From the human T2T-CHM13v2.0 reference genome, Homo sapiens: a stretch of 64,000 nt of DNA. The stretch lies in assembly GCF_009914755.1 (NCBI RefSeq), contig NC_060926.1; one strand, given 5' to 3'. Under the pieces are notes generated by a model. That model did no database searches. It was not told the origin of the DNA and saw only the letters and a program-made list of their open reading frames with translations. Both the position numbers and the translations under genes were made by a program. The first letter of the stretch is position 1. The number at the start of each line of letters is the position of its first letter. Shown one piece after another: positions 47,653 through 60,364 of the stretch.

Positions 47653-50258
47653 AACTTATTGTATGAGGTCACTAACATTTGGGGGATGCTTGTTATTGCA
47701 GCAGCACCTAGCCTCTCCTGACTAGCTCAGAGGACCTGAGGCAGACATGAGGAGGCTGAGGAGGACATCAAGAAACTGAAGAGTTAAGGAAAAGAGAAAC
47801 AGGAAATGTGGATTAGGGGGTCAGTGTGGACCCTGGAGCTGGGGTAGTTGCCTGTGGCTGGGCTGTCTACACTCTGTGCAGCAGGCTGGCTTCCTCTGAG
47901 GCTCCAGAAGGGGGAAGTAAGCACAGGCCATGAAGTGATGCCTTCCATGTGCGAAGGATGATTTTGTAGCATGTGCTGACTGTGGGTCACCACTGACTGG
48001 GGAAGAGGTGGAGGAAAAGGGTTGGGGAGAACGTGTATCATGCACCGAGCAGTATGATCCCAGAACGTTCTAATGCTCCTCAAGAACAAATGAGTCGGGC
48101 ATCAACGAAGGAGGCCAACCTCAGACTTCCTGTGTGGGGAGCAGTGCTGAGCTGGCAGTGAGTTATCCGTTTATCCCTTGTGCACGGTGGCTAATGTACT
48201 TACTCTGCAGCCACTCCTACAATAGAAGACTTCCTCTAGGATGTTGGTCATTTGTTACTCATACATTCATTCTGCAAATATTTGAGCTCCTAGGCACTGA
48301 GCCTACCACAGTGAGTAGACAGGTTTCATGGACTTTATGGTCTGCATATGGCCAAATAATTAATAGCAATTTTCAATATGGATTGCTAAGTACTCTGACA
48401 GAGGTAAGTATAGGTTGCCTGGGAGAAGAGCATAGAAACTAGTCCAGAGGTCTACAAAGAATGAGGCTGTGAGTAACTGAATTGGGAGTTAAGTACATGC
48501 TTCTGCATAGCAAAAGCCCCCCACAATTACAGGTAAATAAATGCTACCCTTCCCAGCAAGGGCCAGGAAGTGCAGGAAAATATCAAGTTGCCTGAGGATC
48601 TGAATGCAATAGAAAAAGTTCTGAAAGTCAAAGGTCTTGCAATAGAACATTCAAGAGGTGAAGCCTTATGATTCATCAACTTGGGTTCACTCAGTGGTCA
48701 AACCAAAAAAAAAAAAAAAAAAAAAGACAACTGAGGGAACCCAGGTGTCTGGAATGAATTAACTCTTTTTTTCCTCCTTTTTTTTTTCTTTTCTTTCTTT
48801 TTTTTTTTTTAAATGATGAAGGCTGCCAGAAACTCAAGGGACCTGAGGATATTAGAGAATTAGAATTTCACAATGATAATGGGACTGTGTCCATCTATAG
48901 TTAACTCTTCCCACTCCACAGAGTCCCAGCACATCATTCTTATCCCACTCCCTCCACTGACCAAATCTCATCCTTTAAGACCCAGTTTAAAATCCACCTC
49001 CTGGAATTAATTATACCAAGCCAACTCTAAACAGTGGTCACCTGTCGGGAATGGAAGTGCATAGGGGAATGAGGGAACTATTCATTTTTTACTTTTATCA
49101 ATTTTTATAAGTATGTGTCATTTTGTTTAAATAAAGCCAAAATTAAGCTTATGAGGAAAAAGAAAATTCCACCTCCTCCACGGATACTTCTCTGCTTCTC
49201 TGTTGTACAGTGGCCCCACGCTCATCTCATTGCCATCTACCATTTACTGGTTTTTCACAACTAAGTCCTTTCCTCTACTTTGGACTCAGCCCCAGCTAGA
49301 GCCACCTGTAGAATGCACACAGCGTTGCTCGTATACAGGGGACTAAATGCATGGTTGGCGAAGGAATAAAAGCCTGTATCGTTGGCACCTCAGCTTACGG
49401 AAGTTGTGGGGAGTTTTCTGTGCTAGAAAGTCGTGCCTTTCACTGAGCCCCCAGCTTTAAGCAGTTTCATAAGTAGATGTTAACAACTGTGTTCCAGTCC
49501 CTGCTGGTTCCCACACACCCACGCCAGAAAGAGGCTGGCCAGATCATCTCCCCAGGAAACGTGGAATGATAGTACACGGGAGCTGCTGGGAGCTGGGGAA
49601 ACTGCAACTCTTCCTCCTGTGAGGAAACAGGACCCTAAGTCGGCGTCCTGTGTCTAGAGAGCTTGCCCCAAATGTGCTCACCTGGAAAAATGGCTCCCCT
49701 CCCTCCCCTCCCTCCCCTCCCTCCCCTCCCTGGGCGCAGGGCATTTTTCCCACGTGGATCCACTAGATGGCCTGCAACGAACACGGTGACTTTGAGGAGG
49801 CCTGTGTTGGAAAAGGAAATACTTCCTTGCTTATCTGTTTGTTTGCTTTGTCATTCACCATTTGTCCTCATAAATCCTTTCAAGTGTAACTGATATTAAA
49901 AACCAATAACTTGCACATTCAAGAACAGGAAAAGGGCTGTGTCAGAATTGAATCTGTGGGTCTTCAGGCAGAGATTTCTGATAGTTGGCAAAATAATCAG
50001 AAATTGTTTTGCCAAATTGATTTCTGAGTGTTAGCATTTTGTTCATTACAACATAAACAACTCTGCATAGAAAGAAATGAATAAATAATTCTAGGGGCTT
50101 AATAAGTATCTTTTAAACTACTTCGAATAAAGAGAAATGACAAGACCTAGTACTGGTAAGTATGAGATAGAGCAGGCTCATATGCACATCACTGGTGCCC
50201 TACACATCACTGTGGTTTTTGCAAAGTAACATGGCCTTTGCTATAAGAGCAGTGAGAT

Positions 50259-50652
<394 letters not shown>

Positions 50653-50801
50653 CTATTTGTAGTAAGAAAAGCTTGGAAATAATTTGCAGAACAACAACAG
50701 GGGAATGACTTAGTCAACCGCAGTATATCCATATAATAGGTGAAATTAAAAAGGATGGTAAGTGTGAGCTCAGCCTGTACCTGTGCATGTAAAGCCATGT
50801 T

Positions 50802-52712
50802 TTTTTTTTTAAAGGTCCAGGCTTATTATTTATTTAAAGCACAGGCCTGGCATGACTGCTCATGCCTGTAATCCCAGCACTTTGGGAGGCCCAGGTAGGC
50901 AGATCACTTGAGTCTCAGGAGTCTGAGACCAGCCTGGGCAACATGGTGAAACCCCTATCTCTACCAAAAAAAAGAAAAAAAATTACAGCACAGTTCAAAG
51001 TCACTAAATCATTAAATCTAGTACAAAAGAAATGGCTCCCATTTCCTGGATTGGCATCAGACATCCTACCAGCTGCAATTGCATCATTTTTACCTATCAT
51101 CTGCTTTTCCTTTTGCGGGGGGGTAGGGTTGGGCTCTTATAAACGGGTCAAAGAGACTTCAACCTCAAAACCAAGGAGAAATCCCTGCTTGCAGAGAAAC
51201 ACAGGAAATGACTCTTTCTCTGTGAAAGGCAGTCAGGAACTCTGCTCCGGTGATGAGGGCTAACTGATGGTGTGGGAGAGTGATCAGGAAGAGAATCTTC
51301 CTGGAGGTGGCACAAAGTCAGCAAGAGCCCAGGAAATCACACTCCTGGGATGGCTGCTGTCACCACCATCACCCTCTCTTCTGTCTCCCCTCGGTGCCAT
51401 CAAATTGAGTGAGGAACAAGGGAAAGTAACTACATGAAGAAAACCAAAGTGAACATGAATGTGGGTGATGTGAATATAAAAGGAGAAACTAAAAATGATC
51501 AAAAGTTTCTCCCGCCCTGTGGTGGAAATCTCTGATCCATGTCTTCATGTGTCTAACTTCCAAGGAGGGGGCTAACAGCACAGACATGGAACAAAAGGCC
51601 CATGTTGGCTCAGAGATCTAAACGGTGGGCCCCTCTGAGATGGTAACTGCAACCAAGGTGTCTGTGATGTCCTTGGTTACTCCACCTCCTGACCAGGGGT
51701 CTAGTTTGCCATTGCTGAAAATGATGTCCACGTGCGAACTCATGTTTTTGCCTCCACACACCGTAGTGATCCAGGAGGGCCTCTGTCTCACACCCCACTG
51801 TTTAAAACAGTTATCAGAAAACTCCTTCAAGTTCCACGAGTGAAGTTCAGACAAAAAACGCTATAAAAAGTTAGATGCATAAGGATAGCTCACCACTGCA
51901 CGTCACCCAGTCTTCAGAGGTCTAGTCTTTCAAATGTCGAATGTCAGGAAGCCATTGCAAACTACCGTCCATATTTGAGAGTCGATTAATGGCATCTCAG
52001 GACCTACGGAGGTTCTCTGAACAATATGGACCACCTTTCTTAAAATCTGTAGTTACGATCTTCATAAATACACCACAAGGTACCAAATCCTTAAACTGCC
52101 AGATAAGGGCAGAAGTTGCAAGAGCTCCAACTACCATATGAGGGTATTTCATTCTGAACTAGGCTGCAAGCATGCCACCATAGGGGCCCTAGAGGGCCGT
52201 GACAGGGTGATTTTCAGCTCCTAGGACTGTTCTTTTCAAGTGTTTGATTAGCTCTGCAAAATCAGCCAGACCTTGCTCTGATGTCAGGAGATCCAAGTGT
52301 CCAGAATCCTTGAATGGGTCATCACAGGGCAGGGACTCTCCGCAGTATCGCTGTTCCGCATACACCAACATAGCTTTCAGTTCCTCAGCCCCATCCCACA
52401 TGAACCACGTATTACTGCAGAACCAGATGATGTCCCCGTCATATTTCTTTCAGTATTTATTTGCTATTAGATACTGCTGTTAAACAGTTTTCACAGTATG
52501 AAATCCAAAATGATCAACCCTCTGTTGGAAGTGGAGAACCGAGTTGTTCTTGGCAACAGCCGGGTGGGACGTGGAGTTGGCTGGCGAGTGCAGGCTGCCG
52601 AGAGCCCTTAAGGCTGGCTGGAGGGCTGTGGTGGTCCAGGGCACCAGGAAAGCCAGGAGCAGGAGCAGGAGCAGGAGGCCCATGGCTCAGGCTGGTGGCT
52701 CTGGTGCAGGTC
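50802..52712 (-). pseudogene. PRCP: Processed pseudogene of prolylcarboxypeptidase (PRCP) with 5'UTR, CDS and 3'UTR
   Basis: Fragments MGLLLLLLLLAFLVPW..AKNNSVLHFQQRVDHFGF, MWDGAEELKAMLV..LTSEQGLADFAELIKHLK and SWNLKE..IIFSNGKLDPWSGGGVTKDITDTLVAVTISEG. ATG at 52681-52683. Intronless with stops and deletions. Poly(A) at ~50802-50810. Perfect 12-bp TSD taaagccatgtt (50790-50801 / 52713-52724). The symbol names the parent gene. Confidence 0.95.
50844..50981 (+). mobile_element. Alu monomer (FLAM-like) inside the PRCP pseudogene 3'UTR
   Basis: Single left arm, TSD ta(a/c)agcaca. Confidence 0.8.
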
Positions 52713-52950
52713 TAAAGCCATGTTAAATCAATGTTTTCTCTATTTAAAAAGTAATTTTCTAGTTTCGAGGCTGAGTTTAAGAGCAGAGTATTTTTCTCTG
52801 AGTAAGCCCTTAGACAACAAAGTATCACCAGATAAAAGTTAAACAAAAGCAAACTCAACAGCTGCCTTCCACCTAGAGCCAGGGAGGGAGTGGACAGCCC
52901 CTAGACTGGGGAGAATATAGGGCAGCTTTATGGAAAGCGGGGCTGGGAAA

Positions 52951-53662
<712 letters not shown>

Positions 53663-53887
53663 GTCCAGGTTTGGGAGGCCCAAGAGCTGCTTCCTCTGCG
53701 AGTCTAGCTGGGAGCAGTCATGGCTGTGATGAGGAGAGGCTGGGCACTTGGGGCTGGCCCACACATGCACACATAAACCACAGTCAGATTGCATCACTAA
53801 CAGCCATTCACACGCCTTTAATTCAGACCTAGCATTTGAACCTAAAATCAAACTACTGCACTATTACATGTTGCACCATCTTGTATA

Positions 53888-55196
53888 CAAGGAGACTTCA
53901 AAAAGCTCATGGAAAACTACAATTAACAGATTAAAATAAAAAATATAAACTTTCTCAATATAGGCTCCATCAAGTTCAAGACACTTTTGTAAGTGATATT
54001 AGCCATCTAGTCAACCCTCAGAGAACTGAGGGTCCTGGGAATTTAACCATGTCAATACAGTCATTTTTACATTTATTAACTGAAGAAAAATGAGTGCCCT
54101 TTAAGAATTTTTTAAGATTAAGATATAAAATGGGGCCAAATCAGGACTATAAGGTGGATGCCTAATGATTTCCCACTGAAACACTCACCAAATTACCCTT
54201 GTTTGATGAGAGGAATGAGCAGGAGCATTGTTATGATGGAGAAGGACTCTCTAGTGAAGCTTTCCTGGGCATTTTTCTACTAAAGCTTTAGCTAACTTTC
54301 TCAAAACACATTCAAAATAAGCATATACTATTGTTCTTTGGCCCTCCAGAAAGTCAACTGACAAAATACCTTGAGCATCCCAAAAGACTGTTGCCATGAT
54401 CCTTGCTCCTGACTGGTCCACTGTTGCTTTGACTGGACCACTTCCACTTCTTGGTAGCCAGTGCTTAGATTGTGCTTTGTCTTCAGGATCATACTGTAAA
54501 GCCACGTTCCATCTCCTGTTACAATTGTTACAATTCTTCAAAGAAATGCTTCAGGATCTTGATCCCCTTGTTTAAAATTTTCATTGAAAACTCTGCTTTT
54601 GTCTGCAGCTGATTTGGGTGCAACAGTTTCAGCAGCCATCAGTGGAAAGTTTTCTCAAGTTTAATTTTTCAGTCAGAATTATGTAAGCTGAACCAATTGA
54701 GATGTGTATGATGTTGGATACTTTTTCTGTTGTTAATCATTGGTCCTCCTCAATTAGGGCATGGATAAGATGAATTTTTTCCTCAAAAATTGATGTGGAT
54801 GGTCTGCTGCTGTGGGCTTCATCTTCCATATCATCTTGTTCCTTCTTAAAATGAGCTATCTGTTCATAAACTGCTGACTTCTTCGGAGTATCATTCCTAT
54901 AACGTTTTCATAAAGCATCAATGATTTCACCGTCCTTCCTACCCAAGAATCACCGTAAATTTGATGTTTGTTCTTGCTTCAGTTTTAGCAGAATTCATGT
55001 TGCTCTGATAGGGGTTCTTTTCAAAATGATGAAACCATTCTTAGTGCCTCAAACTAGATCCCGTTCAGACACGTTATAACAAGTTAGTACGAGTTTATTT
55101 TGGTGCAAAAAATGGAAACCATAGTTTCCATTTCCGTTTCCAATGCATAGTTCTTTCATTATATGCATTTTCCATGAGCTTTTTGAAGACCCCTCA
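53888..55196 (-). mobile_element. Full-length Hsmar2 mariner DNA transposon, transposase inactivated
   Basis: TIRs caaggagacttcaaaaagctcatggaaaa / ttttccatgagctttttgaagacccctca, flanked by TA, ~1.3 kb. Transposase ATG at 54996-54998 (MNSAK..). Motifs YDPEDKAQSKHW, MATVFWDAQG and YSPDLAP. Stops present. Confidence 0.92.
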
Positions 55197-55781
55197 TATA
55201 GCTTGTGGCCTACAGTTAAGTTGAGCCACTTTAAGGGCTAGTCTGAAGACCAAAAGGAAGAAGTCATGAAATAAGGCAACATTTGATTGGATACTCAGGA
55301 CTCACAAGGGGAATTTCCCTGGCATCCCCTTTGTCGTAGTAAAAATAGCAAAATATAAGACAGCACTAATTACTGCAACATGCTAATGTATATTCGAGGA
55401 TAGATAAACATTGCAATTTTAAAAGGGTGACATAGAATATAAGATTTGTTTCCTTTCTCCTAGAAGATTGCAGACCCAAAAATAAAATTTTAGAAAGTGC
55501 TCCAGAAGAGTTCCTCGAATTCAAGGATAGCTTTCATGATCACATATTTAAAATATTTATTGACCACGTACTATGTTCTGGACCCTGTGGTAGTTTCTGA
55601 GGTTATGTCACTGAACAAGACAGACATTGTCTCTACCTTCACCATGCATAATCTAGTGGAGAAGGCACCAACACTTGCACAATTTATGCTGTCATACAAG
55701 TGCTGTGAAGGAGAATGTGACTGCTATGAGACTGAAATTGTCTTCGTTCGTTTAGTGTTGCTATAACAGAATATGGACTTT

Positions 55782-56188
55782 GTCTTAAGTCTGTTTAGTA
55801 TTGCTATAACAGACTACCCAGGGCTGAGTTATTTATAAAGAAGAGAGATTTATTTGGTTCACAGTTGCAGTGGCTAGAAAGCCAGAGGGCTTGGCGCTGG
55901 CATCTGCTTGGCTTCTGGTGAGGCTTGTGTTGCATCACAGGATGGAAAAGAAGCAGAAGGGGAAGCAGGCATGTGCAGAGAGACAAAGCAAGAGAAGCAA
56001 CATGGATTTGTAACAACCTATTCTTGCGAGAACTAATCCATTCCTGAGAAAACTCACCTGCTCTCTTGAGAAAGACATCAATTCATCTTAATGACTTAGT
56101 CACCTCTTAAAGGCACCATCTCCCAACATTATGATATTGGCAATTACATTTCAGCATGAGTTTTGCTGGGGACTCTCAAACCATAGCA
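55782..56188 (-). mobile_element. MST-family LTR
   Basis: tgtcttaagtctgtttagtattgctataacag..atttatttggttcacagtt..cacctcttaaaggc..aaaccatagca. Confidence 0.8.
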
Positions 56189-56533
56189 AACATCATGGGG
56201 TCCTATGTAAATGGGAATGTGGTGTAGGAGTAGGGAATCAGAGATAATTTTTTAAATAAGTGATTTAATGGAGATTCAAAGGATAAAGAAGGGTTATCTG
56301 AATGTAGAGGAGAATAAAGAAGGATACTGGGGAGCAGAGGAAGCAGCAAGGGCAAAGGCCTATGGGCAAGGAGTGAAAGAATGCCCAAGGGGCTGGAATG
56401 GCAGGAACAAAAGCTAACCGGGGAAGAACTAGTTTACCCAGGGTCTTAGAGGCCAAGTTAAAGATTTTGTTCCCATCCTGGATGCAATAGAAAGTGCACC
56501 CACTGGAGTGTTTGAAACAGGGGGAGTGACAGT

Positions 56534-57036
56534 TGTTAGGAATAACGCTTAAAATCTTAAGGAAATTGAACACTCGAACAAAGGATTTTTAGCAAAGCAA
56601 TTTTACTTTTGCGTAGAGGGGTGCCTCTTTGGCCAGTTGCCATGAGAGCACACTTGAACAAAGGGGCACAAGAGCCTTTACTTTTGACACAAGTCTTGCC
56701 CCTGTACCCTCTCCCCATTGGCTGGGGTCGGGTTGTATAATTTAAACTAATCTCGGTTGGCTAAACATTTGATTTTTTTTTTTTAGAAAGGGTGGGCACA
56801 TAAAAGAAAGTGGAGATGAAGGGGAAAAGGGGTGTCTGTAATGAGCTAGAAGGTTGGTCTTTTTTTTAAATAAGGAAAGGAACGCGAGCTGGTATTGATA
56901 ACTCCTGGTATTGTGGCATGCTTGGGCATTTAACAAAGGCAAAAAGGAAGAAAGGAGAAAAAAAAGAGAGGGTACTATGAATTAAAGAATAAAATATCGA
57001 TCAGATTATTTTAAGAGAAACCTCATCATATCCCAC
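56534..57036 (-). mobile_element. ERV1 solo LTR (probably LTR10 family)
   Basis: TG..CA termini. Minus strand starts tgtgggatatgatgaggtttctctt.. and ends ..gcgttattcctaaca. It interrupts L2. Confidence 0.6.
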
Positions 57037-58802
57037 ATACTGAAGGGCAAGAATGAATATGAGGAAAGTCGTCAGGAGGCAAGAGACAACAGGGGCCTGG
57101 ACTGGGGTGCTGGTCATGAAGATGGACAGAAAGAGATGGACTCGTGGTATGTTTTGAATATATAATCAACAGGACTTAGTAAAGACTTGGACGTGGGACA
57201 TGAAGAAGGTGTCAAAGATGACTCTCCATGTGGTGTTCAACTTGAGCAACTCTACAGATATTGACCATTTACCACAGGGGCTTTGGAGGAAGGGTGAATT
57301 TGGAGGGGAAATGGTGAGTCCAGTTAGAATTCCAAGGATGACTTTGGACAAAAAGGAGAGGTCTGATTTGAAGGTACACATTTGGGAATCAAATGAATAG
57401 GATCCACTAAGGAGAGAGCACAGAGAAATAGAAAGCCCAGGACTGCACCCCGAAGAATGCCAGGATTTATAGGTTGGGTGGGGGAGGATGAGGCAGCAAA
57501 GGAAGCTGTGTAGTGGTCACTGAAACAGGAGAGAAACTAGGAGAAGAGGATGTTTGTGGCAAGTGATGGAAGAGAATATTTTAGGAAGGTGATGATCAAC
57601 ACTATTGAATGTTGCTGCCAAGCTGAGAAGGACCAAGATGTCTCTGTTGTTGTTAGCAATTCCCATGCCCTTCCTTGGGTGAGGCAGATTTTCTGGGTTG
57701 TGAGATAGAAGATAGTATGCAGTGGGTTGAAATATAACTGGAAAGTGAGAAAATGTGACTTTAATGGGGAGAAGAAGTATGGTGTGGAGCTGGAGACAAT
57801 GGGGCATTGAAGGACGGATACTAAAGATGGAAGTGACTTGATTGGGTTTCCACTGCTGATTAGAAGGATCTATTATTTGACAGGAGGAGATTCAAGATAG
57901 CTCCACTGGGAAGGTCAAATGGGATGGATTTAGAGCCATCTCTTAAAGGCGCCATCGCCCTGGGTTTAGAGCCCAGGAGTGAAAGGCTGACTGGACATTC
58001 TGTACTTGGGGAATGTGGTGGGGAGGTGGGTGGGAGTTGTTGACTGTTAACTTCTCAGTAGGGTAATCTGGCTGGGCCGTGTGCTGGGGGACCCCTGACA
58101 TCAGTACTTTCAGGTTTCTCTTCCTGGGCCATCTAATTCCCCTGAGGAGAAGCTTCCAGCATCTTGCCTAGAGGGAGAAGATCTGCCTGCCTACATTCTG
58201 AGAGATGAGTGAGAGGAGGGGCTGCCCACCACAGCTTCCAGCAGACATAACTCATTTCATTCTCTTGTGCTTTTAGGAGCCTTACCTTCCGTTATACCTA
58301 ATGTTCTCAGTCCTGAGACTCTCTGCTTTCTCCACAGACTTCATCTCCAGTCTCCTGATGGGGTTGGGGAGAAGCAGTGGTGGAGTGGGGTTGGGGAAAC
58401 TGCAGAGCCAATTGCTTTACCTTCACTTCCAGAAGTGCCTTCTTGAGCTGTTTGCGCGTGCTGTGATGGAAATCACGTTAAGCTCAGCTTTCTGCACTGC
58501 CAGATTTGTTTTTCATCAGTTTTCCAACTTCCAGAACCTCCTTGTTCGCTCTCCTGTTCCCTCCTGTTCTCTCTTTACTGTGGTTTGGTAGGACTTCAGG
58601 AGAGGTCAGAATTAGATGCAGGTATTCAATCTGCCATCTTTATCCAGCAGTCAGTGTCAAAGCCTGTCTCGATTGTGGAGGAATATATAAGAAAGGAAAA
58701 GGCCCCAGTGTCCTGTCCCTTCTGATGCTGTGTGGATACCAACACCCCAAACAATGCCACCCACCCAGCTGTGTCAAACCAAACCAACCAAAACAATGAG
58801 CA

Positions 58803-58910
58803 CACATAGATGGCAAACTGCAGGGTTTGCCGAGGCTCAGGCAATTCGTATTTGGAATTTGCCACATAGATGGCAAATTGCCGAGGCTCAGGCAATTCGT
58901 ATTTGGAATT
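58803..58910. repeat. Tandem duplication (~57 bp) with a 9-bp deletion in the second copy
   Basis: cacatagatggcaaa[ctgcagggt]ttgccgaggctcaggcaattcgtatttggaatt, repeated without the bracketed bases. Confidence 0.92.
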
Positions 58911-59718
58911 ATTAATATATGGACCCAAAGCCTTCAACCCACTACATCGGCCACCAAAGACAAAATGAGATAAAATTAGGAACATGTTCATCTTCCTACT
59001 ATAATGATTAATAAAAGGCCCTTTAAGTTCAGAGAAATGATTTCTTCTTTTTCGACGCCTACGAAGAAATTTCATTAAAAATATTAACAGAAATCCAAAT
59101 AAAAGAGAAAAAGAACCTTATCGTAATCCTATCTGCTCAACACGTGGTTTGGTTTGATTTGGTTTGTTTTTTTCCAGGTTCTCAACCAGTTGTGGTCCAT
59201 AGACATTCATAATTTGACAAAAAGGATCTATGTCAACTCTGATTAGTTTGTGAAAGTGGGCTTTTCCCCAAATCCTTCCAGTGCCTAAGCTGGGCCCCTT
59301 TGGGAAGAGCATTAACTGTTTTGGGTCACTAGCACACAGAACAGTGTTTTAATTGTCTAAAACCAGGGATAAGAGTATAATCCCCTCCTTATAAGGCACC
59401 CCGTGGTCAGGTGCTTAAGCACATGAGGGAGGCAGACACCGCTCTGGGGATGATTTGCAGGTTGGAGAGAACCTGGCTCCAGATTTTTCCTTTCAATCAG
59501 CCACAGGGCCTAGCTTCCCCCCGAGAAGTCTCTTTTTGGAAGTTGAAGACATTGTGTCTCATAGCAGTACTGACCCGGAGGGTTAGGAAGAATCTTCGAG
59601 GCCCTCTGGCCAGCACCCCTGATGAGTGGCTGTCTGTCCTCTGCTGCACACTTCCATGGCTTGGAAACTCACTACTGGAAGGCTCCAGTGACTTTCGGAC
59701 ACATATCTGGGACTAACT

Positions 59719-60185
59719 ACAGTTGACACTTGAATACCATGGAGGTTAGGGGCACTGAACCTCCCCCACCCCTTGCACAGTCAGAAATCTCTGTATAACT
59801 TTTGGCTCTCCGAAAATATAACTACTAATAGCTTGCTGTTGACTGGAAGCCTTACTGATAACATAAACAGTTGATTGGTTAGCACATATTTTGTATGGTA
59901 CACACACGCACACAGACACACACACACACAGAGTATTCTTACAATAAAGTCAGCTAGAGAAAAGAAAATGTTTCTAAGAAAATCCTAAGGAAGAGAAAAT
60001 ATATTAACTATCCATTAAGTGGAAGCAGATCATCATAAAGGTCTTCATCCTCATTTTCTTCACGTTGAGTAGGCTGAGGAGGAGGAGGGATTGGTCTTGC
60101 TTTCTCGGGGTGGCAAAGGTGGAAGAAAATCTGAGCATAAGCAGGCCTGTACAGTTCAAACCTGTGATGTTTAAGTGTCGGTTGT
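59719..60185 (+). mobile_element. Tigger2a/MER28 MITE with internal (CA)n
   Basis: TA-cagttgacacttgaa..gggttagggg..gaggaggaggag..cagttcaaacc..gtcggttg. Confidence 0.78.
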
Positions 60186-60284
60186 GATTCATTAAGCCCT
60201 TAGTCCCCCTCCCACCCCCCGCCTTTACAGTTTTGAGCAGGGAGCATGGCCAAGAGAGGCCAGGCTGGACTGGGCACTGCAGTG

Positions 60285-60364
60285 GGGATTGGGGATACCC
60301 AGATGGAGCTTGGGTTCCGAGTGGGCTTCTGGAACCAATCCCCCACAGATACCAAAGGAACAAC
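60285..60364 (-). mobile_element. MER2 5'-end fragment
   Basis: Minus strand gttgttcctttggtatctgtgggggattggttccagaagccc. Confidence 0.7.

Larger units (their letters stand above)
55530..57900. mobile_element. L2 fragments (interrupted by LTRs)
   Basis: atatttattgaccacgtactatg..; purine-rich L2 text gaaggtgtcaaagatgactc..gaagagaatattttaggaagg. Confidence 0.6.

Noticed and set aside
58803-58910. CRISPR-like repeat-spacer reading of short direct repeats (also 769-830)
   Set aside because: Only two copies, no unique spacers and no cas genes, in human DNA.
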